A DNA stretch of 64,000 nucleotides from the NCBI GenBank assembly GCA_964586595.1, contig CAZPHB010000010.1, forward strand, positions 3,995 through 67,994, written 5' to 3'. A program made the translations under genes and the position numbers. Shown here in pieces: positions 17,675 to 25,799 of this stretch. The DNA is from an uncultured Flavobacteriaceae bacterium (GTDB lineage: Bacteria; Bacteroidota; Bacteroidia; NS11-12g; UBA955). The notes under the pieces are model-generated. The model was not told the origin of the DNA and did no database searches. It was given only the letters and a program-made list of their open reading frames with translations. Each line of letters starts with the position of its first letter. Within the stretch, counting starts at the first letter, position 1.

Positions 17675-19204
17675 TTAGGGGTTGATTTGGCGGTAAACAG
17701 GGAGGTAACGGCCACGTTCCGTGGGGAGCAGGCCAAAGCTGACGAAGCTGTTCGGAGCTTCCGGTTCCAATAATTCACCCAACAGGTTGCCGCCTGCCTG
17801 CATGGTGCTGATGCGGTAGGTGCCGGCCGGGAATGTTTTGACGGAACTGTCCATCCGTGCACTGACATCCTGCAACTTCATTTGTTCGTATTTCTCGGCC
17901 GGTGAGCTGTACTTTTCAATGTAAAACTGCTCCACTTCCAAGGTCTGACTTTGGTTTAGGGTGTCGATGCGGAAGTTGAAAAACTGCAGTTTACGGATGA
18001 GCCATTCCTCGCTGCGTTCCACCAGGTAAGCATGTGGGCGCCGACGCGTGTGTGTGGCCGTACTCTGCAATGCATCGCGGAATGTAACCGGCAACGAAAT
18101 TTTCTCGGCCTGTTCAACATCAATGAAATCCATTTTCCCTTCATAGCTGGCGCGTTTGGATGAGACAACCGTTTCATCCGCCGGTACCGGGTGTTCAAGC
18201 AAGGCCAGAAGGGCCGTTTTCTCTTTGATGGCCTGGTCTATGAATGATTTGGCTATGAGGTAACCGGTGAAAATGCGCCGTTTGAAGGAAGTGCGGCCGA
18301 TGCCCACGCCACGCACTTCAACCAGCGTGGAAACACTGTTCATCAGGGCGTAATTGGTGGCGCTGGAACGGGAATTGTTCGAACCGCGGTTGAAATGCAG
18401 ATGCCCGTCTTCTTCCTCCGGCGTCACATAATCATGGTGCTGCAGTCCGGCGCTGCTGAGCACCGTACGGGTAGGTTCAAGAAAGCGTTCCTGCGTGAAA
18501 CGGCGCAGCGGTTCGGGCACATTCAGGTTGCCGCTGTACAGCAACATCACATCGTGCAGGGCCGTTACGCCAAAACTACCGAGCTTCACGTAATCGCGGC
18601 GGTATGGACGGAACTCGTGGAAATCGAGCGCGACATGCGGCTGAAAGCGTGCGAAGGCAAGCTTGAGCTGCGGACTTTCAACGGCCATGAGCTTCGTCTG
18701 GTCGCGGTTCAGGTCCAATCCCTCGGCATTGTTGCGCTGTTGCTCCAGATAGCCGTCGATATTGGCCATCGGAACCACTGCGAGCTCAATCTGATCAAGC
18801 AAGGCGGCGTTTTCCTGTTGGTTCAACAGCACGTGCAGGAGGTAGAGCATCGCTTCGGTACTGGCCGGTTCGTCGCCATGTAAACCGCCCTGCATCCAGA
18901 TGCGTATTTTGCCTGCGCCTGCACCGCTGCGCAGCAGGATCATCGGAATGTCCTTTCCTTTCTTGCTCTTGCCGATATAAGTGAGTTGCACCCGATCGGG
19001 GAACTGCTTTGCCAGCCCCTCCAGAAAACCAATGAGTTCGGGGTAATTGGTGAAGCCTTTGTTCTTCTTCAATGCCGGCGTTACATTGGGCAAATCCATT
19101 TTTTCGGGGAAGAACTTTTCGGTGATTTTCTTTGGCTGCGGATTGAATTGCATCAACAGCAGCGAGGCACATACCAGAAGCAGGAATTGGAATTTGCGGG
19201 GCAT
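17675..19204 (-). CDS. secreted M14 family zinc carboxypeptidase
   Basis: Signal peptide. Zinc ligands in GGLHGDEPAS (HxxE) and a later VALDFHEF histidine block. Confidence 0.8.
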   Translation of the reverse strand: MPRKFQFLLLVCASLLLMQFNPQPKKITEKFFPEKMDLPNVTPALKKNKGFTNYPELIGFLEGLAKQFPDRVQLTYIGKSKKGKDIPMILLRSGAGAGKIRIWMQGGLHGDEPASTEAMLYLLHVLLNQQENAALLDQIELAVVPMANIDGYLEQQRNNAEGLDLNRDQTKLMAVESPQLKLAFARFQPHVALDFHEFRPYRRDYVKLGSFGVTALHDVMLLYSGNLNVPEPLRRFTQERFLEPTRTVLSSAGLQHHDYVTPEEEDGHLHFNRGSNNSRSSATNYALMNSVSTLVEVRGVGIGRTSFKRRIFTGYLIAKSFIDQAIKEKTALLALLEHPVPADETVVSSKRASYEGKMDFIDVEQAEKISLPVTFRDALQSTATHTRRRPHAYLVERSEEWLIRKLQFFNFRIDTLNQSQTLEVEQFYIEKYSSPAEKYEQMKLQDVSARMDSSVKTFPAGTYRISTMQAGGNLLGELLEPEAPNSFVSFGLLPTERGRYLPVYRQINP

Positions 19205-19207
19205 GGC

Positions 19208-20515
19208 TCAGAACGTAAAAGTGGTTTGGATGCGGCCAATCAGTTCGTTGCCGCTGACCGGAAGTCCCTGGTTGTTGTTGATGCCGCCCCGGTTTTGTAC
19301 CAGTGTGAGGTCGGCCTGAATTTTCGCGCCGTAATGCCTCCCCACATATTTGCTCAGCCCAAGGGTGTAATAGTAAGGCCGGTTGTAGAAGGTTCCGTTG
19401 TTTAAGAAGGAATGCGTGGCCGGCGTCAATTGGGTATAGCGGCCATCGACCGATAGGCCGTTCTTCATCAGGTAACCCATCTGCAGGTTCCAGGCAGCAC
19501 CAACAATCATGCGGGCTTTGATGTAATCGGGAACATTCTGTTCGCCATTTACGATGAAATCGCCCGAAACAGAGCCATCCACACGTACCCTTTGCGTGAT
19601 GTTTCCGGGAACGAAGGCTTTGCCTTGCATGTATTCGCCGAGGGCTGAAAAACCGCGGTATTTGAAGAGGAAATCGACGCCGAACTTGGCGTAATCGGGC
19701 AGCAATTCCTGGTTTTGGGCGTCGAGGTACAAGATGGTGCCGCTTTCCCTGCCGGATCGGCTGCTCACGCCTGCCGCATAGCTGTACGTGGTGCCAAGTA
19801 CCAACTTGGGCGTGCGTTCGCGGATGATGTCAACCTGGTTAAACTGTCCCTGGCTGCTGAACAGGCCGAAGGGAAGGAAATCAATACGGCCGCCGTATTT
19901 GAGTCCGCCGCGGTCGCGTCCGAACACATTCGGACCGTCGCCGTTGGTGAGCGTAAGGTAGGAACGGAGGTAAGCCTGGCTGCTGAGGCGGGCGGTGTTT
20001 TCCACAAACAGTCCGAATTCGCGGATGGTGGCAAAGGCCGAAGTAAGCCGGCTGCGTTCCACCAGTTGCAGGGTATTGCTGTTCATGAACAGCTCGCGGT
20101 TATCGGTATAAGGTGCGCGCTGTCCGAAACTGATTTTCACGCGGCGTGCCGGTTCGTAAGCCACCCAGGCATCGAGCAGGTAATTGCTGCTGCCGTCGAG
20201 CAGTTCGCCGGTTCCGCTGAGGTCGGTCTGGAACCGATAGGAGAACTTATCATTGGCGCTGTTGCCATCGATTCGCAGGCGAACCCTGCGCAGCCTGAAC
20301 CGCACATCTGCATCGGTTCCCGTTTCGCCCATCAGCCGTTTCGATTCTGCATAAGGCTGCAGATAGCCGCTGATGCGCAACAACGAGCCGCTGCTGTCTT
20401 TCATGCGCCATCCTTCTCCAAAGCGGTACGCTTTGATCAGGGAAGGGTTTGTCTGTGCAGCCGCCGAAGCGCCTTTCAGCAACAAAAGCAGGAATAAGAT
20501 GCGTTTCACAGGCAT
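19208..20515 (-). CDS. OprO/OprP-family porin (second copy)
   Basis: ATG at 20515 (MPVKRILFLLLLLKGASAAAQ). Has LLDAWVAY, REFGLFVEN and GLKYGGRI. C-terminal TTFTF. 10-nt overlap with the upstream gene. Confidence 0.7.
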   Translation of the reverse strand: MPVKRILFLLLLLKGASAAAQTNPSLIKAYRFGEGWRMKDSSGSLLRISGYLQPYAESKRLMGETGTDADVRFRLRRVRLRIDGNSANDKFSYRFQTDLSGTGELLDGSSNYLLDAWVAYEPARRVKISFGQRAPYTDNRELFMNSNTLQLVERSRLTSAFATIREFGLFVENTARLSSQAYLRSYLTLTNGDGPNVFGRDRGGLKYGGRIDFLPFGLFSSQGQFNQVDIIRERTPKLVLGTTYSYAAGVSSRSGRESGTILYLDAQNQELLPDYAKFGVDFLFKYRGFSALGEYMQGKAFVPGNITQRVRVDGSVSGDFIVNGEQNVPDYIKARMIVGAAWNLQMGYLMKNGLSVDGRYTQLTPATHSFLNNGTFYNRPYYYTLGLSKYVGRHYGAKIQADLTLVQNRGGINNNQGLPVSGNELIGRIQTTFTF

Positions 20516-21651
20516 TCGCTTGGGTTTATGGTAATGGTATTGTTCAACATAACGGGCGTTCCATGAGCAAATACGTCCTGCAATTGCCATTGGTCGTCGA
20601 ACCAGCACATATCGGCATCAAAACCGGGCGCAATGCGTCCCTTGTTTTTCAGGCCGAGGTTTGCGGCAGGATTCGTGGTGATGAGTCGGAACGCATCCGC
20701 CGGACTCATGTTCGCCTGCCGGATGAGTTGCAGGGTTTCAAAGAGGTTGAGGTGGAAAGGTGCGCTGCTGAATCCAACCTGCCGGCCCGATTCGTCGAGT
20801 TTGCTCAAACCGGCATGGCCGTCGGAGCTGTAGGTAAGCCTGCCAATGTCAATCCCGTTTTCCAGTGCCAGCAGCACGGTTTTATGCGGGTCGGTGTATT
20901 TGGAAGCACCGGTGGTGATGTCGATCATCCCGCCCAGTTTCGCAAAATCCATCGCCTGCACAAACAGTTCTTTCGTGCGGCCAACATGCGTGGGGGAAAT
21001 ATGCGCAATGGGGAAGTGGTAGTCACGCACCAGCTGGAACAAAAGATCCATTTTATCGGGAAGATTGCCCAGGTGCACGTGCATGATGCCTTTTTTGCCG
21101 GAAAGCAATCCGCCGGTGCGCACCTCGCGCAGCTTGCGCACGAGTTCAAGCGCGGTTGGATAGGAGGAGCGTATGTCGGCGATGGCTATTTTGAATCCCA
21201 AAACCGGTTCCACAAAAACCATATCGCTTTGGATGCTGTCGGTGATGGTAACCGTGTCGGCGCCGTAATAGCCGCTGTACATGTACGCGGAAAGCCCTTG
21301 TTGCCGCAAAGCCTGCACCTTGCCATACAGGGCGCGTATGGAACGGATGGTGCCGTCGGTGCCGAGCAATCCTACAGCAGTGGTGGTGCCGCAACGGATC
21401 AGGTCTTCCACCGGTATCTCGGTAGTCATGGAAGCAAATCCATCTTTGCCACCGGCTCCGGCAATATGTATGTGCTGGTCAATCAGTCCGGGCAATACGT
21501 ATTTTCCTTCCGCATCGATTGTTGACATTCCTTCCATGCGGAAATCGAGCGCCGGACCGATGGCCGCAAACTTGCCGTTGGCAATGAGGATGTCGCAGAT
21601 TCCCTGTGCTTCCGGGGCGAAAAGCCTGGCGTTTTTAATGAGCTGGAGCAT
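20506..21651 (-). CDS. iadA: isoaspartyl (beta-aspartyl) dipeptidase
   Basis: MLQLIKNARLFAPE...PGLIDQHIHIAGAGG N-terminal HxH block and overall IadA-like amidohydrolase layout. ATG at 21651. No signal peptide. Confidence 0.8.
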   Translation of the reverse strand: MLQLIKNARLFAPEAQGICDILIANGKFAAIGPALDFRMEGMSTIDAEGKYVLPGLIDQHIHIAGAGGKDGFASMTTEIPVEDLIRCGTTTAVGLLGTDGTIRSIRALYGKVQALRQQGLSAYMYSGYYGADTVTITDSIQSDMVFVEPVLGFKIAIADIRSSYPTALELVRKLREVRTGGLLSGKKGIMHVHLGNLPDKMDLLFQLVRDYHFPIAHISPTHVGRTKELFVQAMDFAKLGGMIDITTGASKYTDPHKTVLLALENGIDIGRLTYSSDGHAGLSKLDESGRQVGFSSAPFHLNLFETLQLIRQANMSPADAFRLITTNPAANLGLKNKGRIAPGFDADMCWFDDQWQLQDVFAHGTPVMLNNTITINPSECL

Positions 21652-21653
21652 GG

Positions 21654-23015
21654 TCAAATGAAATGAAGGAGGAACATTAAAATAAGGGTCGAAATCATTG
21701 GGATGAGGTTGCGTTTCACAATATCCATGGTGCTGATACCGGCGATTTGTGCCGTGGCAATCAGCACGCCGGCTACGGGCGAAACCGCGCGGCCCATTGA
21801 GGCGGCCAGTTGCATGGGCAGCATCAGCGTGGTGGTGGCCATGCCGATGCTGCCGGCCAGACCGGGAACCAGCGGGCCAAAAGCAAAGAAGGCCGCATTG
21901 CCGCTGCCCATGAGCATGGAAGCAAGGAAAATCATGGATGTGAGCACCATGCCCACCAGCCCTTTATTGAGGCCCATGGTTTGGGTCAACGAAAGCAGGC
22001 CGTCAATGAAGCCCAGCAGGATCAGTCCCTGCGCAAATATTTCAGCGGCAATGATGAGCGTAACGACCGACTTGAAAATATCGGCCATGCCGGTCCAAAA
22101 CACATTGAACGAATGGCCCAGGTCGCGCAGCCGGCGGTGGCGGATGGCTTCAAACATCAGGGCAACGAAAAAACTCAGGAACATCACCGTGCTGGTGTCC
22201 AGCACCATCGGAGGATGAATCCAGGTATTCAATTCCGAGAAAACCATCAGCAAGGCGATGGGCAAAATGGGCAATACTGCATAAATGGCCGGAGCCGCAG
22301 GCTTTTTCGCCGCTTCGGCCGCTGCGGGTTCGTTTGCTCCGTTTTTGCGGTCGTAATAGCGGTTCACCAGGTAATAGCTGAGCATCAGGCAAAGGGTAAG
22401 CGGCCACACCATCGGAATCTGGTATTCCAGGAAATACAGAATAGTGTCCATCTTCATGATTTCTATGGCACTCGCTGTGGTGGCACAGGCGGGGCCGATG
22501 CCGAAAACGGTACTGGCTGTAATCACCGAAACCGCACTTACCTTGCTCAGACCAAGCCGGGTGAGGATGGGATAGAGCGAAGCCATCAGCAGCAAAGCCA
22601 GGCCGGCGGCAGAAGGAATGGCAACAAATAATACCTGCCCGATGGGAATCACCAGGCTGGCTGCGATATGCGGTTGCCTGCGGAAGAGCTTCAGCGGTTT
22701 CATCGCCCAGTACACCAGCACATCCGAAGCGCCGATATGGTCCATGTACGCCACGAAGCCGCCGATGGCCATGATCATCAGCCCGACGCCGGCATTGGTT
22801 TTACTGAATGCTTCCTTCAGCGCAGCGAAGATGTCGAAATAGGCGTTGCCGGTAGCTTGTTTCAGCTTCATGCCTTCCAGTCCGAGCCAGTTTGCGGCCA
22901 ACAACATGCCGATGCCCGCAAAGAGCAGCACCGCATGGGTGTTGTGTTTCTGCAGCAGCAAACGCGCCACCAGCAGAATGAACAGAAGGGAAAGAATTGG
23001 GCCGGCGTAGTTCAT
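21654..23015 (-). CDS. dcuC: DcuC-family C4-dicarboxylate transporter
   Basis: Blocks GGFVAYMDHIGASDVLV, PAIYAVLPILPI, TGMADIFKSVVTLIIAAEIFAQGL and GSGNAAFFAF parallel E. coli DcuC as I remember it. Confidence 0.8.
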   Translation of the reverse strand: MNYAGPILSLLFILLVARLLLQKHNTHAVLLFAGIGMLLAANWLGLEGMKLKQATGNAYFDIFAALKEAFSKTNAGVGLMIMAIGGFVAYMDHIGASDVLVYWAMKPLKLFRRQPHIAASLVIPIGQVLFVAIPSAAGLALLLMASLYPILTRLGLSKVSAVSVITASTVFGIGPACATTASAIEIMKMDTILYFLEYQIPMVWPLTLCLMLSYYLVNRYYDRKNGANEPAAAEAAKKPAAPAIYAVLPILPIALLMVFSELNTWIHPPMVLDTSTVMFLSFFVALMFEAIRHRRLRDLGHSFNVFWTGMADIFKSVVTLIIAAEIFAQGLILLGFIDGLLSLTQTMGLNKGLVGMVLTSMIFLASMLMGSGNAAFFAFGPLVPGLAGSIGMATTTLMLPMQLAASMGRAVSPVAGVLIATAQIAGISTMDIVKRNLIPMISTLILMFLLHFI

Positions 23016-23019
23016 GCGC

Positions 23020-24018
23020 TCAGAATCGGCTGCCGTCGAGCTTCAACCCCGGACTGAAGAGTGCGCCCTTGGCAGCCGGAATCCGCGCGTGTTGTTCAAA
23101 GGCACCGATGATATCGGGATTGCGTGTGTATGACTCGTTGGGGTCACCCGACAAACCGTTGACGTCGAAAACCGCCACTGTTTTGCCAGTAGCATCTTTC
23201 AGCGTGAGCATATCGCCGGCATTGTTCAGGTTCAGCTGGCCTTCGCTGGCGGTTTGTGTCAACGCCCCTCCAAATGACCCTGTAGGTGTGCCGCCGCCGA
23301 ATACAACAATTACTCCTTTGGAAGGAATAATGGTGCCAGTGGGAAAGGTATGGCGCAGCATCGATGCATCGCTCAGGGTATAACCGCTGATATCGAGGGC
23401 GGGATTGGAATTGAAGATTTCTACGAATTCATCGGCCAGCGGATCGCGGGTGCCGTCGCCGTTGGCATCGCCTGCAGCATCGGCAGGCGGATCGTACAGC
23501 ACTTCGTTGATTACGAGTCCAAGCCAGGGACAGCCGTTGTTGGCAACAGGTCCTGCTTCATCCGGACATGCGTCGTCGCAATCGGTGATGCCGTCGTTGT
23601 CGCGGTCGCTGCTGCAGTTTACCAAACGGATGAGCACACTTGAAGGCGAAACGAGCACGGCGTCAGCAGTTTCTTCCAGACTTACCACGATGGTTCGGAT
23701 GGTCGTATCGGCGTTCGGAATGCCGCTAAGCGTGATGAAGCCGCTGTCGTTGCCGCTTGCGATGGTGATTTCGGCAGCGGAAACAGCATAATGCGTGTTC
23801 AGCACTGCTGTACCAGCGAAGCGCAGTTTCAGCTTCAGTTCGCGGTTGATGCGTCCATTCAGCTTGGCAGATACCTGCGCCGTTCCGCGCGTGAAATCAA
23901 AGTCTGTGGCCGATGTATGCAGGGTAACTGTCGGGAGCACGTCCTCTGTTTTGCATCCCTGGAAGGGTCCGCAGAGCAGCAGGGAGGCTGCCGCCGTCAG
24001 AAGCAGATGAAGTCGCAT
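23020..24018 (-). CDS. lipoprotein with Calx-beta-like region, thrombospondin-type-3 Ca-binding repeat and C-terminal lamin-tail domain (LTD)
   Basis: Lipobox LLCGPFQGC. Has DRDNDGITDCDDACPDE (TSP3-like). INEVLYDPPADAAGDANGDG...DEFVEIFN...ISGYTLSD is LTD-like. Confidence 0.65.
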   Translation of the reverse strand: MRLHLLLTAAASLLLCGPFQGCKTEDVLPTVTLHTSATDFDFTRGTAQVSAKLNGRINRELKLKLRFAGTAVLNTHYAVSAAEITIASGNDSGFITLSGIPNADTTIRTIVVSLEETADAVLVSPSSVLIRLVNCSSDRDNDGITDCDDACPDEAGPVANNGCPWLGLVINEVLYDPPADAAGDANGDGTRDPLADEFVEIFNSNPALDISGYTLSDASMLRHTFPTGTIIPSKGVIVVFGGGTPTGSFGGALTQTASEGQLNLNNAGDMLTLKDATGKTVAVFDVNGLSGDPNESYTRNPDIIGAFEQHARIPAAKGALFSPGLKLDGSRF

Positions 24019-24396
24019 AGTATAGGTTAGGTTGTCAGATGATGGGCAAAACCGCCTTAGGGCGATGTTGCCGAAGAACGAAAAACACCTAAAGCAGGTG
24101 GATGGGGCAAGACCAGATCAGTAAAAAAAAACATACCAATTAGGGGATGTGCCGATGGCCATTTTTTTCTCGATGTTGGCCATGTTGGGTGAAATGATTT
24201 TTGGAAAAAGGTCCCGACCAAATTTCAGGGAAGGGTGATTTCATGTTTTTTAATGGGTTCAGAATAAGGATTCCGTTTATCTGCTTCCGACGCACGGTTC
24301 TGTAGATGAATTCAGGACCGGTTATCACCGAAATATCATTCCTTCAATGCTCATTTTGGGATTCAGTGTTGACCCCGATTATTTAATTTTGAACGT

Positions 24397-24642
24397 ATGA
24401 AAACACCCTTCAACAGATACCTATACATCGGTTTCCTGCTCCTGGGCGCATATCAGGCAATGGGTAACAGGGATTATATACAGGCGGCTACTTCCCTAGG
24501 CATTGGCCTGGCCTTCGATCCCTTTGACCAGGAACAGAAATGGGGCGACAGACCGGTTTGGCAACGCGCGGTGTTGATTGTTCACCTTGCCTTGGCTGCA
24601 GCCTTGCTGGGTTTGGGTATGGGCTTGGGTGACAAGTTGTGA
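24397..24642 (+). CDS. small membrane protein, unknown function
   Basis: 81 aa with two hydrophobic helices. TAATTTTG -7 box at 24384-24391, only 6 nt before the ATG, suggesting a near-leaderless mRNA. Confidence 0.45.
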   Translation: MKTPFNRYLYIGFLLLGAYQAMGNRDYIQAATSLGIGLAFDPFDQEQKWGDRPVWQRAVLIVHLALAAALLGLGMGLGDKL

Positions 24643-24854
24643 CAGGCGCCATGAATAAGCTTTTTGCAAGCATGCTGTGGGGGGCGATGACATGGATGCA
24701 AGCGCTCAAGGTTGCTGAACTGTGAACGGAAGGGGATTGCCCGGGGTTGGAAAACTGCACGAATCAAACCTTGAATACCTGCGTCTGCCGGCAACCCGCA
24801 TTCTGGAGTTGACAGGATTTCCCCCGGCCCTTCATTTAAAAACAAGCTTTTCCT

Positions 24855-24934
24855 AATGTGCTTATTCCGTCGGGATCTGTATAAATAAGCATATCGCAAT
24901 GTGCTTATTCTGACACTTTCTGCATGAATAAGCA
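24855..24934. repeat. two tandem dyad symmetries TGCTTATT-N17-AATAAGCA, 43-bp period
   Basis: Exact 13-mer AATGTGCTTATTC at 24855-24867 and 24898-24910. Exact AATAAGCA at 24884-24891 and 24927-24934. The arms are reverse complements. CATGAATAAGC also occurs at 24650-24660. Confidence 0.8.
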
Positions 24935-25028
24935 AAAAACGACCACTGTTTGTACTTAATCTGACAGGGTGCGGAACCCTTCCAATGCATGCATCAGCAG
25001 AGCAGGAAGCTGTGCACTTCGATGGTGA

Positions 25029-25493
25029 TCAGGGTCTTCTACCGGGCGACAGCCTGAACACAATGAAACTGGCCACATACGCTTCGAGTATGCTCAGTGG
25101 AACAGCCATTGGCAGGATGCCCCAGGGCAGGACACCCAGATTGCCGATGACCAGCCACATCAGCACGAAGCCGATGAACCAGGTGAGTAAGGCCGTCTGC
25201 CACAAGGTGTACTTCTTGCTGAAAACGAATACAGCCACTGCCAGGCAAAGCGACCAGATGCCCCAGACCGCTCCGTTTACCGGTGCTTCGGGGAAAACAA
25301 GTTCCATGCCCTTGTAGTGCACCGCCCAGTGTTCGTGCAGCAGAAAGGTGTTGCGCAAAAACTCCGAAACGCTGATCCAGAGCGTGGCGGCGGCGATGGG
25401 GAGGAAGGTGGATTTCAAAGCGGTGTTTGCGGGAGCAATATCGGCGATTGAACGCAACCCAGATGATGGATATAGCGTGCCCACAAACCGCAA
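25029..25493 (-). CDS. polytopic membrane protein, unknown function
   Basis: Four to five hydrophobic helices (for example AVWGIWSLCLAVAVFVF, LLTWFIGFVLMWLVIG). Start is TTG at 25493, so the start is uncertain. Confidence 0.5.
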   Translation of the reverse strand: MRFVGTLYPSSGLRSIADIAPANTALKSTFLPIAAATLWISVSEFLRNTFLLHEHWAVHYKGMELVFPEAPVNGAVWGIWSLCLAVAVFVFSKKYTLWQTALLTWFIGFVLMWLVIGNLGVLPWGILPMAVPLSILEAYVASFIVFRLSPGRRP

Positions 25494-25517
25494 CGCGCCA
25501 GCGGAGCGGCCAGGCGT

Positions 25518-25706
25518 TCAAAACAGCTGTTCCAACACGTGGTACTCGATTCGCTCCATGAACGGTAAATAGGGCAGGGAGGCGATGAGCTCCAGGACGC
25601 GGGCTTCCCCCACGCCCTGAAACAGCAGCACCGCATCGCGCTTGCTGAAGGAAATGAATAAGCGCTCCAGGATTTGCTCCGCTTTCCAGCGCTGCTCAAA
25701 TTTCAT
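25518..25706 (-). CDS. small ORF, possibly the 3' remnant of a gene truncated at the islet junction
   Basis: ATG at 25706. The frame stays open upstream to a TAA at about 25790, exactly where GC collapses. No recognisable family. Confidence 0.3.
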   Translation of the reverse strand: MKFEQRWKAEQILERLFISFSKRDAVLLFQGVGEARVLELIASLPYLPFMERIEYHVLEQLF

Positions 25707-25799
25707 TTCTTGCTGTACCAGCCCGGGCGCGCTGCGGATCGTGGCTACACCGCTATCGGATAGGGTGATGCGGACGAGGGTGTGGGATGGTTAGAATCG

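Noticed and set aside
24985-25317. 110-aa plus-strand ORF that would place the 24855-24934 dyads upstream of a gene.
   Set aside because: It is antisense to a convincingly hydrophobic multi-helix ORF (25029..25493). Its own translation is Ser/Thr/Pro/Ala-rich with no structure or motif. It is kept only as a caveat for the dyad finding.
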